From a virus: a stretch of DNA of 64,000 nucleotides. Position 1 is the stretch's first letter. Each line of letters starts with the position of its first letter. The stretch spans positions 32,001-96,000 of IMG/VR virus record IMGVR_UViG_3300032797_000632. The stretch is one strand, 5' to 3'. Position numbers and translations under genes: made by a program. A model generated the notes under the pieces. The model saw only the letters and a program-made list of their open reading frames with translations. It made no database searches and was not told the origin of the DNA. This document shows, one piece after another, positions 1 through 9,728 of the stretch.

Positions 1-1
1 C

Positions 2-601
2 AAGGCTAAAGCCAAGCAAACATACGAGGCCCAGGACGCCGAGTACAAGACGCTGGACAAACAATACCGGGAGCTATTTGCCGACTTGATGTCGCAAATA
101 AGGAGCATGGAAGGCAAGGCCGAGGATGGGAAAAGCATCCTGCGGAAATGGAAGGATGTGCTCCTGCGGATAAAAGTCCAGATCCAAAGATCCGAGGGCA
201 AGCCGCTGGTGGTGGACGCTGAGGAGGGTTACGAACTTCTTCTGCAGAGCCTAGCGGACGAGCTGGACGATAAGGCCCTACAGACTGTGTACGACACCAT
301 CCAGGCGATCATGGACACGAGGGAGGCTGGCGAGGAGTGGATGGAGCTCGAGCCGAAGGGGGTTAAGTCGCCCGGGCTGGTGCCCGAGGGCCGGACCGCC
401 GGCATCCTCGAGGATGTCGGAAACCTTTTCCGGGGAATATGGGACCGGATCAGGGATCTTGGCCGGAGGTTCAACGAGGCCATGATGGGTGCCGAGAGGG
501 TAAACAAGATGGTCGACGACCTCGAGACTACCCTAGACATGGCCGAAACGAGGTCCGCCGCCAGGCGGGCCGTCCGGGGGAGGAATGCGGTTCGTCGGTA
601 G
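2..601 (+). CDS. hypothetical coiled-coil protein, 5'-truncated by the window edge
   Basis: Frame is open from base 2 into ORF 86..601; basic C-terminus (ARRAVRGRNAVRR). Confidence 0.7.
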   Translation, partial: KAKAKQTYEAQDAEYKTLDKQYRELFADLMSQIRSMEGKAEDGKSILRKWKDVLLRIKVQIQRSEGKPLVVDAEEGYELLLQSLADELDDKALQTVYDTIQAIMDTREAGEEWMELEPKGVKSPGLVPEGRTAGILEDVGNLFRGIWDRIRDLGRRFNEAMMGAERVNKMVDDLETTLDMAETRSAARRAVRGRNAVRR

Positions 602-908
602 GATCGACGGAGAGGATGTGGAGATGGACATCACCCGCCCCCCCCGGGGGGACGGGCAGAGCTTCTGCGACGAGGCCGTGATATCCGACGCCCGGAAAGG
701 CATGGAGCTATCCGTGCCGGTTTCCACAATCGTGGAATTTTTGACGGAGGACTGCGGGATGGATGTGGTACCCCGCCGGTCCCTCAGGGAAAAAATAAAG
801 GACTCGGCCTCGCCCGATATGGTTCGCAAGGCCGGGCTCGTCCGGGACCGGATGGAGGGCAGAACGGGGTCGCCATACATGAGAGGGAATCTGAGGGTTG
901 TAAAATAA
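585..908 (+). CDS. hypothetical protein
   Basis: GGAGG immediately upstream; overlaps previous stop. Confidence 0.65.
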   Translation: MRFVGRIDGEDVEMDITRPPRGDGQSFCDEAVISDARKGMELSVPVSTIVEFLTEDCGMDVVPRRSLREKIKDSASPDMVRKAGLVRDRMEGRTGSPYMRGNLRVVK

Positions 909-981
909 CGGGATCGTGAAAGAGAACGAGAATGAGACGAGGGCAGGTATCCAACCAAGGGTTTGAAAGCAACCGCAGGAG

Positions 982-1506
982 GTGTTCATGGCCGCCTCGA
1001 TATCTCACGATCCAACCAGCAATGTCTTCACGATAATCGCCGACGACGGCGAGATGATGTTGGGCGTCGGGATCACCCACGCCAAGGAAATTCTGAAAAG
1101 GGAGCCGTTTCTGCTCTCGGAGCCGCAGGCACGGGAGGCCGTGCTGCAGGCGTTCTCGAGGATCGGGGCGCCGTTTTCTCTTGAGATCATAAAAAAGATC
1201 GCCTCCGGCAGGCCGATCTTGGCCGTCAACGCCTCCGAGATCATGGCCCTCGCCCTGTCCGGGGACACGGCCCGGTCCATCAGGGACGAGGATGTCACGG
1301 ACGATAACCTGACCCAGAACCTGGCTAGGGCGACAGACCTCTCGAAGAAGATCGGGACGGCCTTCGCCCAGATGTCGGACGCCGTCAAAAGGAAGATGGC
1401 CACGATGGGAACCGAGCAGAAGGCGGACAAGGCGCGCGAGGTGGGGGGCATGGCCGATGTGCTGACCGCCATCATCGACGCACTCAGGACCGTCGGAAGG
1501 CTGTAA
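982..1506 (+). CDS. hypothetical protein (start may be ATG 988)
   Basis: GGAGG RBS; co-oriented with portal. Confidence 0.7.
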   Translation: MFMAASISHDPTSNVFTIIADDGEMMLGVGITHAKEILKREPFLLSEPQAREAVLQAFSRIGAPFSLEIIKKIASGRPILAVNASEIMALALSGDTARSIRDEDVTDDNLTQNLARATDLSKKIGTAFAQMSDAVKRKMATMGTEQKADKAREVGGMADVLTAIIDALRTVGRL

Positions 1507-1563
1507 AACAAATCAACCGAGAACGGGAAGAGAAGAGACGAGACCGAAGGGAGGGTCGGAAAA

Positions 1564-4500
1564 ATGGCACTGATAATCAAGGCAAACAAATACGGGAATC
1601 CGAGACAACAGGCCGCATCCTCCCCCATCTCCGATAGGGAGATGGAGAGAAGGCGGGAGGCGATGCAGAAGTTCGCCCCGATGCTTAAGGGCCGGGGCAT
1701 GAACCCGATGCGGATCCGGGGGCAGATCCCCGGCACCATGACGATGGACCAGGCCGGGACGATCGGGACCCCGGGCACAGGCGGGCGGGGGCAGATGATA
1801 ACCTCCTCCCCAATCTACTACGATCCCCGGTTTTACACCCTTGACCGATTCTACTTTCCGCGGACGAGGGAGCAGGCTTACGCCATCTGGAAGATTTTCT
1901 ATGACCGTGACCCGGCGTGCGGGGTAGGGACGGACCTCTACTGTTGCCCCAAAGATGAAAAGATAATAGTCAATTCCGGGCTTTATGATGCAGGAAAAAT
2001 AAAGGCGGGCACGAGGATTGTCGCAAACGGCGGGTACGAGACCGTCCAGAAGACATTCGAAAGGGACTTCGACGGTGATCTTTTCAGAGTGGAGGGCGTT
2101 GGAATGATGCCCTTCAGGATAACCAAAAACCACTCCATACTTGCCGTGCACGGCGAGTGGGTTCGTAACACCGATCCAAACAAGAGCAGATGGCGATTGG
2201 AGTTGAAGGGAGAGTCCTTCACCCCCGTGCAGGATTTCAATCCCGAGAGCGATTTCCTTAAGGTTCCCAAGCTCAGACAATCGATAGGCGAGCACACCGT
2301 GGATCTTCTGTCCTTGATCCAGTCGGAGCATGTTGTTTCCATCAAGAGCATGGATGGCGAGGATTACATTTGCATTTATTGCGGGGGTGGATCGGCTACC
2401 AACCATTATGTGCGGAGGTTCATAAAATTCGATTCTAATGTGGCCGAGTTGCTCGGATGGCATGTGGCCGAGGGGCATGTGGACAAAAGAAGTCGCGGAG
2501 TACAGTACTCCTTCGGTTTGATGAATTTGCTACAGGCGGTTCGGGTCTGGCAACTATTCAACGATGTGTTTCGCTTCCGGGATAAATCCGGGATCCTTAA
2601 AAAACCGATCAGCCTTGTGCGACGGGGAGGCAGATACAGGGTGATGCTCTCCTCGAAGATAGTTAATAGATTTCTGCATGAGATGTGTGGTCCTCATGGT
2701 TCGGTAAAGAAGGTTCCGCAGCCAATAATGGAGGGTCCTCGGGATTGGGCATCGGCTTTTTTGATGGGATACCTTTGGGGCGATGGGCATTTGTTTGGCA
2801 AAGGCCATGATGTGCGGGCGGGAAGCATATCGATGGCACTCTCCTACCAGATACAGTTGTTGGCCACTAAATGCGACTGCTTTTTCAGGATGCACAGAAG
2901 GCCAGCGGGGAAATCGAGGAACCGGGATTTCTACTCGCTCGACTGCACAAAGAAGCAGGTGTATCCAAACATATTCGGATGGGATCCTCCCGGGGGCAAG
3001 AAGGTTGAGAATTACATCAGGGACATGGGGGATTATTTCCTCGTCCCGATATGGACAATAGAGAAAAGCCATTATTCAGGAAGGGTGTGCGGGTTCAAGA
3101 CGCCCAGCTCTACATACTGCGTTCCGGCGGTTCTTCACAATTCCGATCTCCCGTGGAGCGATTTCGACATCCTCGGAATCGACGACCCGAAGGTCAAGCA
3201 ATTCTACGAAGATATGTTCTCGGAGCTTAACCTGCCGTCCATCCTCCCGCAGATGACGAACGAGTATTTAAAAATGGGGGTGTGCGTCCCCCATCTGGTC
3301 CTTGACGGGCGCACCGGCTATTGGAGCACGGTGTTCGCCCACAACCCCAACTACATAAGAGTCACACCCATCCCCATCCCCGGGGCCGAGCCCATGCTCG
3401 ACCTTAAGCCCAGCCCGGAGCTGAGGGATTTTGCCGTGTCCCGGGACCCGCGGGTGATGACCATGAGGGCCCTGTTGCCCGATGTTTTCATCCAGAGGCT
3501 GATGGCCGGAATGCCCATCCCCCTAGACCCGATAAACGCCACCTATCTGGCCCGCAGAAGCTCCCCCTACGATCTCGAGGGGGTTTCGCTCTATAGCCGG
3601 GTCTACCGCATAAACATGATCGAGGACTTCCTGACCAATGCCACCATCGCCGTTACGCAGCGGAACGCCGCCCCGATACGGCTTTTCAAACTCGGGGACC
3701 GGGACACCGGATGGCTCCCGGAGAAGGAGGACGAGGAGGCGTTGGCCGAGATGCTGGCGGCCTGCGAGACCGACCCGATGGGCGCCATCATCTACCACTA
3801 TGGGATCGAGGTGGAGTATGTGGGGGTGAGCGACAAGGCTTACCTGCTGGGCCGGGACTGGGACATGATCGAGCGGATCAAGTTCTTGGCGATGGGCATA
3901 AATAAGAGCTTCCTGCTGGGCGAGACCTCGTTTGCGGCGGCGGTGGCTGGCCTGCAGACGATGGCCGAGAGGCTTCTGGCCCTGCGGGACAAGTTCGAAA
4001 CACTCTGGATATACCCCAAGGTCATCAGGAATGTCGCCAAGATGAACCAGATGTATCGGCGCAAGGCGTGCGAGCTTTCCCACCGGATCCGCACCACCGC
4101 CCATATTGATTCCAACCTCATAGTGCCCAAGATCAAGTGGCGCAAGACCCTCGAGCCCACGCAGGACACCTCGCTCCTCCGGGTCTGGCAGGAGATCAAG
4201 GATAAGGGGATATGCTCCGACAGGACCTTGGCCTCGGGGGCGGGGCTCGACATAGACACGGAGCGAAAAAACCTGATTGAGGAGGCCGAGTACCGCAGGA
4301 AATCGCTTAAAGACCACCCGGAACTTATGCCCCAGGAGGCGTCGCTGATCAGAAAGGCGTTGAAGCATAGGATGTCAAAAGACAAGGACAAGACCAATGG
4401 CCGGCACAGGTACCACGCCCCCTCGCACATCCTCGAATCCAAGATATGGGACCGGGAGGGCAAGTACGCCGGGATATCCTACCAAGACATCGAGCCCATC

Positions 4501-4818
4501 GTGGAGCTACTCAAAGACGGGACCACCTCCGATCCAGAATGGGAACGCATCAAGGCCGATTGGGGGCCGATAGGGGCGGAGCTTGACCGAAGGGGCTATA
4601 CCGAGGAGCAGATCGAGCGTGTGGCCGATATTCTGCGCGAGGAGGGCATACAATCCGGGGAGCACGAGATTCTGGACATGCTGGAAGGATTCGAGCAGAA
4701 AATAAGGGAGGAGTCGCAGAAACATGAGAGGGGTCTTTCGGGGAGCAAATTCCTAGCCGGGCACGATCCAGCTAGGATCAGACTTCCGGGGCAGGACAAG
4801 GGGGTTGATCGGCAGTGA
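1564..4818 (+). CDS. portal protein containing an intein
   Basis: Extein reads FYDRDPACGVGTDLY|SDLPWSDF, later GETSFAAAVAGLQ and IKWRKTL, resembling large-phage portals; lies upstream of protease and capsid genes. Confidence 0.75.
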   Translation: MALIIKANKYGNPRQQAASSPISDREMERRREAMQKFAPMLKGRGMNPMRIRGQIPGTMTMDQAGTIGTPGTGGRGQMITSSPIYYDPRFYTLDRFYFPRTREQAYAIWKIFYDRDPACGVGTDLYCCPKDEKIIVNSGLYDAGKIKAGTRIVANGGYETVQKTFERDFDGDLFRVEGVGMMPFRITKNHSILAVHGEWVRNTDPNKSRWRLELKGESFTPVQDFNPESDFLKVPKLRQSIGEHTVDLLSLIQSEHVVSIKSMDGEDYICIYCGGGSATNHYVRRFIKFDSNVAELLGWHVAEGHVDKRSRGVQYSFGLMNLLQAVRVWQLFNDVFRFRDKSGILKKPISLVRRGGRYRVMLSSKIVNRFLHEMCGPHGSVKKVPQPIMEGPRDWASAFLMGYLWGDGHLFGKGHDVRAGSISMALSYQIQLLATKCDCFFRMHRRPAGKSRNRDFYSLDCTKKQVYPNIFGWDPPGGKKVENYIRDMGDYFLVPIWTIEKSHYSGRVCGFKTPSSTYCVPAVLHNSDLPWSDFDILGIDDPKVKQFYEDMFSELNLPSILPQMTNEYLKMGVCVPHLVLDGRTGYWSTVFAHNPNYIRVTPIPIPGAEPMLDLKPSPELRDFAVSRDPRVMTMRALLPDVFIQRLMAGMPIPLDPINATYLARRSSPYDLEGVSLYSRVYRINMIEDFLTNATIAVTQRNAAPIRLFKLGDRDTGWLPEKEDEEALAEMLAACETDPMGAIIYHYGIEVEYVGVSDKAYLLGRDWDMIERIKFLAMGINKSFLLGETSFAAAVAGLQTMAERLLALRDKFETLWIYPKVIRNVAKMNQMYRRKACELSHRIRTTAHIDSNLIVPKIKWRKTLEPTQDTSLLRVWQEIKDKGICSDRTLASGAGLDIDTERKNLIEEAEYRRKSLKDHPELMPQEASLIRKALKHRMSKDKDKTNGRHRYHAPSHILESKIWDREGKYAGISYQDIEPIVELLKDGTTSDPEWERIKADWGPIGAELDRRGYTEEQIERVADILREEGIQSGEHEILDMLEGFEQKIREESQKHERGLSGSKFLAGHDPARIRLPGQDKGVDRQ
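1942..3141 (+). mobile_element. intein (400 aa) with LAGLIDADG homing endonuclease
   Basis: Starts at Cys (CCPKDEKI); block B ITKNH; LAGLIDADG motifs LLGWHVAEG and FLMGYLWGDG; ends VLHN followed by Ser+1. Confidence 0.92.
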
Positions 4819-4934
4819 AGCCTGGCCACTTGTTATCCCCGGCCCTGGCCAGGGGGTGTCATCTACCCAACCTCGGGCCGGGGAGCGTTTAAAAGCCATT
4901 CGGGGCCGGAGATTAAATATTAAAGGAGGGGGGA

Positions 4935-5573
4935 ATGGACAGGCGGGCGAAGCTGGTCGAAAGCGACCTCCAGAAGATAAAGGACCTTTACCAGGACGCC
5001 ACAGGGGCCATAGAGGCGGTGTCTGCGGTCCGGAGGGATTTCATGCTGAGCCTCGGGTCGGATGGATATGCTTTGTCCGACGAGACTTGGGCGAGGGCAG
5101 ACGATGAGCAGAAGGCGTCCATCAGGGAGATGCAGTCGATCATTTCCGAGTCGGACGAGCTTCTCCTAAAGGCGAAGGATTCGTTGCAGTTGTTGTTATC
5201 GATCTTAAGCTATATGAAAGGGGGAAAATTTATGGCTTCGATTCGGGATTTAAGGATGGAGGCGGGGGCAAGGGCGGATCTGACGGACGAGGATGTGCGG
5301 TTGCTCGAAGGCGTGGCCGATCTCGCCCTGAATTTTCCGGGCGTAAGATCGGCGGTCCCGGATCTCGAGGAGATGGCGATGATGGCCGACGATTTCCTTA
5401 AGGCGACGCCCTCCGCCGCCACCATCGGGGGCGACGCCACGGTCCAGGCCAAACTCGAGGAGATGTTGAATGCATATGGGGAATTCATGGTGGCCGCAGA
5501 TGATGTGAAGACATATGCGAGAATAATCGGCAAAGCGGCGAAGTGGCTTTTGGCCGCCGGGGCTGGCAGGTAG
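4935..5573 (+). CDS. hypothetical helical protein, probably two fused modules
   Basis: AAGGAGG RBS; internal purine tract and ATG at 5232. Confidence 0.7.
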   Translation: MDRRAKLVESDLQKIKDLYQDATGAIEAVSAVRRDFMLSLGSDGYALSDETWARADDEQKASIREMQSIISESDELLLKAKDSLQLLLSILSYMKGGKFMASIRDLRMEAGARADLTDEDVRLLEGVADLALNFPGVRSAVPDLEEMAMMADDFLKATPSAATIGGDATVQAKLEEMLNAYGEFMVAADDVKTYARIIGKAAKWLLAAGAGR

Positions 5574-5586
5574 GGGGGGCGGGAGG

Positions 5587-5889
5587 ATGCCATACGGAAA
5601 TTTCGCCACATTCTCCGAGTCCCCGGAATATTGGGAGATGATCGTCGAGGCCATGCTGGACGCACAGGACCCGGCGGAGGCCGCTTCGGAAATAGCCAGT
5701 CTGATTAGAAATTACATAGACGAGGTAGTCCGAAGGGCCATGCCGAAGCTCATAAGGGATATAGTTGACGATGGGCTGATATCCCGGCAGGAAATGGATG
5801 AGAATTCCTCGATGCTACATGTGGACATGGTCGACAGCTATTGGGATGTCATCAAGACCGAGCTTGAGAAGATAAGGGCTCTTTTTTAG
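5587..5889 (+). CDS. hypothetical acidic protein
   Basis: Tightly packed ORF. Confidence 0.6.
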   Translation: MPYGNFATFSESPEYWEMIVEAMLDAQDPAEAASEIASLIRNYIDEVVRRAMPKLIRDIVDDGLISRQEMDENSSMLHVDMVDSYWDVIKTELEKIRALF

Positions 5890-5897
5890 GGGGGCAA

Positions 5898-6194
5898 ATG
5901 AGGCTTGCGCGGAACATCGATGAGATTGAGGGCCTGCTCGAGTCGCTCGAGGACGGTGCCTTCGATCTGGTGGGGGTGGCGGAGTACCTGATCATCATCC
6001 TTGGGGACATGGAGGACACGGGGGTGGGGATGGATGTGATTCGCCTAGCGGCGGACGAGATCGCCGGCCAGATGGACGAGGTGCTGGACCGGGTGGAAAT
6101 AATCCGGACGGAGATGTTTGCGGCGGTCAAGGCCCGGCCCGAGCCCACAAGTGCGGAAAAGGGCGATTCGACATTGGAGTATTTTTTCCAGTGA
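5898..6194 (+). CDS. hypothetical acidic protein
   Basis: G-rich RBS, tight packing. Confidence 0.65.
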   Translation: MRLARNIDEIEGLLESLEDGAFDLVGVAEYLIIILGDMEDTGVGMDVIRLAADEIAGQMDEVLDRVEIIRTEMFAAVKARPEPTSAEKGDSTLEYFFQ

Positions 6195-6203
6195 GGAGGA
6201 AAC

Positions 6204-6485
6204 ATGCCGAGAATGGTTGAGGATCCGGTAAGCATCGAAGAGGCATCGGAGGAATTCAAAGACGAGATGATGGGCCACTATGAAGAGATGACGGATATCT
6301 TCGACGACCTGGAAGAATGCCTGCAGGAATTTGTGGCCTATGCGGCGAGGGGGGACGAGTTGTTCGGCGGAAAACTGGGCGAGGAAACGAACAGGCTGGC
6401 CGATGCCATAAGGTCGGCAATACAAGGCGTTAGGAGTGCATTGAGGCCCGTGGTGGATCAAATATCGAAGATCAAGGATTTTTAA
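6204..6485 (+). CDS. hypothetical acidic protein
   Basis: GGAGG RBS. Confidence 0.65.
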   Translation: MPRMVEDPVSIEEASEEFKDEMMGHYEEMTDIFDDLEECLQEFVAYAARGDELFGGKLGEETNRLADAIRSAIQGVRSALRPVVDQISKIKDF

Positions 6486-6497
6486 GCAAAGGGAAAA

Positions 6498-7121
6498 ATG
6501 CCGGCGAGCGACAAAACCCTTTCCATGCTTCTGGATCCGGCAATAAGCCGGGACTCCAACGGCCTGCTTATAAACGGCAACTTTGCCGGTCAGCAGGAGC
6601 AGACCCGGTTTCTGGCGGATCTGCTCTACCGGATAAGGCCAGCCAAGATTCTGGAGACCGGAACCCTCGGCGGGCTGTTCTGCTACTTCGCCCTAGAGCT
6701 TCTGAAAAAAACGGCCATCTTCACTTTCGACATCGACCCCCATGCTCAAAAGGCGGTGGACATTTTAAACGAGCATTACGGAAACCGGATAAAATTCACC
6801 CTGGGGGACAGCAAGGCGACCCTGCGGGCACTCGGCGAGCCCGGGATCAGGTTCGCATGGATAGACGGGGGGCATGACCAGAAGACCTGCTTCTACGATT
6901 TACGGAACTGCTCGAGGCTGGGGATCCCCCACATATGCGTGGACGATTACAAGATGTGCCCGGGGGTGAGGCCGGCCGTGAGGGATTTCTGCGGGCTGGG
7001 GGCGTATGCGGTGGCCGGGGCGGACGACTTCAAAAAGGACAACAGGGGAATTGTCTATCTAAGGAGACAGGTCAAAAAGAATAAAACGAAAGGGAGGCAA
7101 CATGGATCGGGATCGGTTTAG
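6498..7121 (+). CDS. class I SAM-dependent methyltransferase (Methyltransf_24-like)
   Basis: ILETGTLGG, TFDID, GDS, WIDGGH and VDDY motifs. Confidence 0.8.
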   Translation: MPASDKTLSMLLDPAISRDSNGLLINGNFAGQQEQTRFLADLLYRIRPAKILETGTLGGLFCYFALELLKKTAIFTFDIDPHAQKAVDILNEHYGNRIKFTLGDSKATLRALGEPGIRFAWIDGGHDQKTCFYDLRNCSRLGIPHICVDDYKMCPGVRPAVRDFCGLGAYAVAGADDFKKDNRGIVYLRRQVKKNKTKGRQHGSGSV

Positions 7122-8112
7122 AATGAGGCGGTTTTCGAAGGTTTACCCCTCGGAGCGGAGGATGTTCCTTCCCAAGCCTCCGGTATGGGTGGCGGACAGG
7201 GATCTGTGGGAGAAGATTTCCAAGAAGGTCGGCGGCTACGGGCGGGGATATGGCTGGTCCCTGACCGAGGCCACGAGGATCTACCGGGAGGAGGGCGGCG
7301 CGATCCGGCGGGCACCGGCCCGGTTCGACGAGTACAAGAAGGCCTCCCGCATGCGGGCGAGGATCGCCCGCCTCGGAGTTCTGCGGGCGGAACGGGAGGA
7401 GAGGCTGGGGGCCCCTCGCCGGGATCCACGCAGAGGGGGATCGGACATCTGGGACGAGTTGGTTGGGGGTTTTGCCGGCCCGGAGGAAATCGCCCACGGT
7501 CTAAACATTATGCTCGAGACAGCCGAATTGATCTTCGAGGCCATATCCACTATTCCTCGGGCCAAGATTGAAAAGGCCCAACAGAAGTATGAACGCAGAA
7601 TGGGCCTGGAGGAGTCGGACCGGCCAGTATCCCCACACCTGCGGATGGGGGCTAAGGGTGCCGGGAGGGTGTCGGAGGCTGTCGGATCAATAAGAAGGAG
7701 GATGGGCATGGCGATGGGGGACATGAAGGCCTTCAACCAGAGGTTTTTCAAGGATGTCCCGCAGGGGAAGGACATCAAATGGTACGGCAACAAGGGCGTG
7801 CTCGCACTCCCCGGGGGAAAGAATGCGGAGATAAAGCTGAACGACAGCCACATTTCTCGTCATTATGACGAGTATGTCGTGAGCATCATCGACGCCACGG
7901 GGCACGGGAAGATCACATCGCATCGGTTCCCCTTCGAGCAGTATTTGGACCCGAGCAAGCGCAAGGATAAACGGGGGGATTACGAGGGGTTCTACGCCTG
8001 GCAGTACTCGTCGGCACAACCGCTGGAATGGTACATCGCCGTCCCCTCCGACGACAATGTCCGGGCGATGGCCGAGGAGATCATGAGCTTCATCAAGGAC
8101 TACACCGTTTAG
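7102..8112 (+). CDS. multi-module hypothetical protein with Arg-rich linkers
   Basis: GGGAGG RBS; PPVWV..LWEK..IYREEGG module also seen at the end of 17678..18436. Confidence 0.7.
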   Translation: MDRDRFRMRRFSKVYPSERRMFLPKPPVWVADRDLWEKISKKVGGYGRGYGWSLTEATRIYREEGGAIRRAPARFDEYKKASRMRARIARLGVLRAEREERLGAPRRDPRRGGSDIWDELVGGFAGPEEIAHGLNIMLETAELIFEAISTIPRAKIEKAQQKYERRMGLEESDRPVSPHLRMGAKGAGRVSEAVGSIRRRMGMAMGDMKAFNQRFFKDVPQGKDIKWYGNKGVLALPGGKNAEIKLNDSHISRHYDEYVVSIIDATGHGKITSHRFPFEQYLDPSKRKDKRGDYEGFYAWQYSSAQPLEWYIAVPSDDNVRAMAEEIMSFIKDYTV

Positions 8113-8121
8113 GGGGGATTT

Positions 8122-9072
8122 ATGGGCATCAACGCCAAGGTGATCAGAATCAGGGAAATGGTGGCCGGGGAAAAACGGACTCCGAGGCGCATGGCCTTGA
8201 CCGACTTCCCCCGGAATTGGGACGTGGCCAAGGAGGTCACGGACTGGAATTCCGCCCTAGACTTCCTTGACAAATACAAGGACCGGGCCAAGGAATGGTG
8301 GAACCAGCTTCTGGACCGCCTAAAGCATGACGACTACGACAAGCCGGCCGGCCTGATAGACAAGGCCCTCGGGGCGATTCCCCTGCCGGCCAGCCGGAGA
8401 ATCCACAGGGCGGATGTGGACAGATCGAAAATATCGGAGGTGCGGAGGGCGGTCAAAAAGGAGTTCCCCAATTTGAGGTTCAACATCAGGGAGGTGGGGT
8501 TCTCCGATTTGGCCAGAGGCTCCCGGTATTTTTTCAGCGCCTCGAATTGGGACAGCCCCGAGACCTTCAAGCGGGTCGAGGAGATCGTCAAAAGCATCGC
8601 CCCCGAGATCATCGTAAGCGAGGGGGGCGTGATGATGGGTCCGGAACCCGCAAGCCGGCGGGAAAGGCATCAAAAAAGGAGGGAGATTGTCATGGAAGGA
8701 AAATCGGGGATGATCCTGCGGAGGGGCCTGGAGGAGGGGGAGGAGGAATTGGCTACCGTAGAATATGACGATGTTTTTGATGACAAAACCTCCGAGGTTT
8801 ACAGCAGGATAGAGAGCGAATGCACGGAGGCCGCCGACAAGGTGCAGGAGGCGATTGTCGAGGCCATCAACGAGATGGAGGAATCGCTGGTGGATATCGT
8901 GGAGGGCGTGATCGACGAGATGGAAACCGCCCTCGACCGGAAGCTTACCGAAGACGAAAAGGGCGAGGTGAGGGAAAAGCTGGCGGACGATTACAGGGAT
9001 GTCGCCAGCCAGTTCAGCACTGCGGAGTATGATTTCCACTCCTCGGTCGCATACTGGAACCCGAGGCGGTAG
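8122..9072 (+). CDS. multi-module hypothetical protein
   Basis: Basic leader; two PxPASRR linkers; acidic C-terminus. Confidence 0.7.
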   Translation: MGINAKVIRIREMVAGEKRTPRRMALTDFPRNWDVAKEVTDWNSALDFLDKYKDRAKEWWNQLLDRLKHDDYDKPAGLIDKALGAIPLPASRRIHRADVDRSKISEVRRAVKKEFPNLRFNIREVGFSDLARGSRYFFSASNWDSPETFKRVEEIVKSIAPEIIVSEGGVMMGPEPASRRERHQKRREIVMEGKSGMILRRGLEEGEEELATVEYDDVFDDKTSEVYSRIESECTEAADKVQEAIVEAINEMEESLVDIVEGVIDEMETALDRKLTEDEKGEVREKLADDYRDVASQFSTAEYDFHSSVAYWNPRR

Positions 9073-9075
9073 ACC

Positions 9076-9726
9076 GTGCCCGAGTTCAAACTGAAAATAA
9101 CCATCGATGGCCGGCAGGCGGCGATTATGGTCGTCAGCGCCGACACGAAGGAGGAGGCGATGAGAAACATCAGGGAGCGGATCGACATCTCCGTGGTGGG
9201 GCAGGAGCCCCGGGGGTCGAGGCGGGTGCGGAGCCGGAGGTCGCTCCGCGAATGGGCCGACGACATTATGAACGCCGCCAAGGAGATCAAGTCGAAGCAG
9301 GAGGAGCTGGGCCAGAAGGCATGGAACATCATAATGCCTTCCCTCAAGGAGATCGTAATCGCCGCACAGGCGATTCAGTATGATCTTTTCTCGGAGTCGT
9401 TGCGAAACGCCTCCTTGAGGGAGGTCAAATCCCAGGAAGTGGCCGATGTGGTGTCCGACCCCGGGTTCCAGGAGCTGGTCGCCCCGGTGTCCGAGGGCAT
9501 AGTACAGCAGATGGGCGAGGTGGTGATGAGGACCGTCGACCAGATCGCCGGGCCGATCGAGGAGGTCCTTGATCGCCCCCTGGCCGAGGAGGAGCTGCCC
9601 GATGTCCACGAGGTGGCCACCGACATGGTCCAGGAGTCGCTCTCCCAGGTGTCCCGGGGGATCGCCGAGACCGCCCCGGCTCCCGGGGTCGAGGCCAGAA
9701 GGAGGGCCCGTTGGGCGAGGGGCTGA
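9076..9726 (+). CDS. hypothetical protein
   Basis: Tight packing, GTG start. Confidence 0.65.
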   Translation: MPEFKLKITIDGRQAAIMVVSADTKEEAMRNIRERIDISVVGQEPRGSRRVRSRRSLREWADDIMNAAKEIKSKQEELGQKAWNIIMPSLKEIVIAAQAIQYDLFSESLRNASLREVKSQEVADVVSDPGFQELVAPVSEGIVQQMGEVVMRTVDQIAGPIEEVLDRPLAEEELPDVHEVATDMVQESLSQVSRGIAETAPAPGVEARRRARWARG

Positions 9727-9728
9727 TA

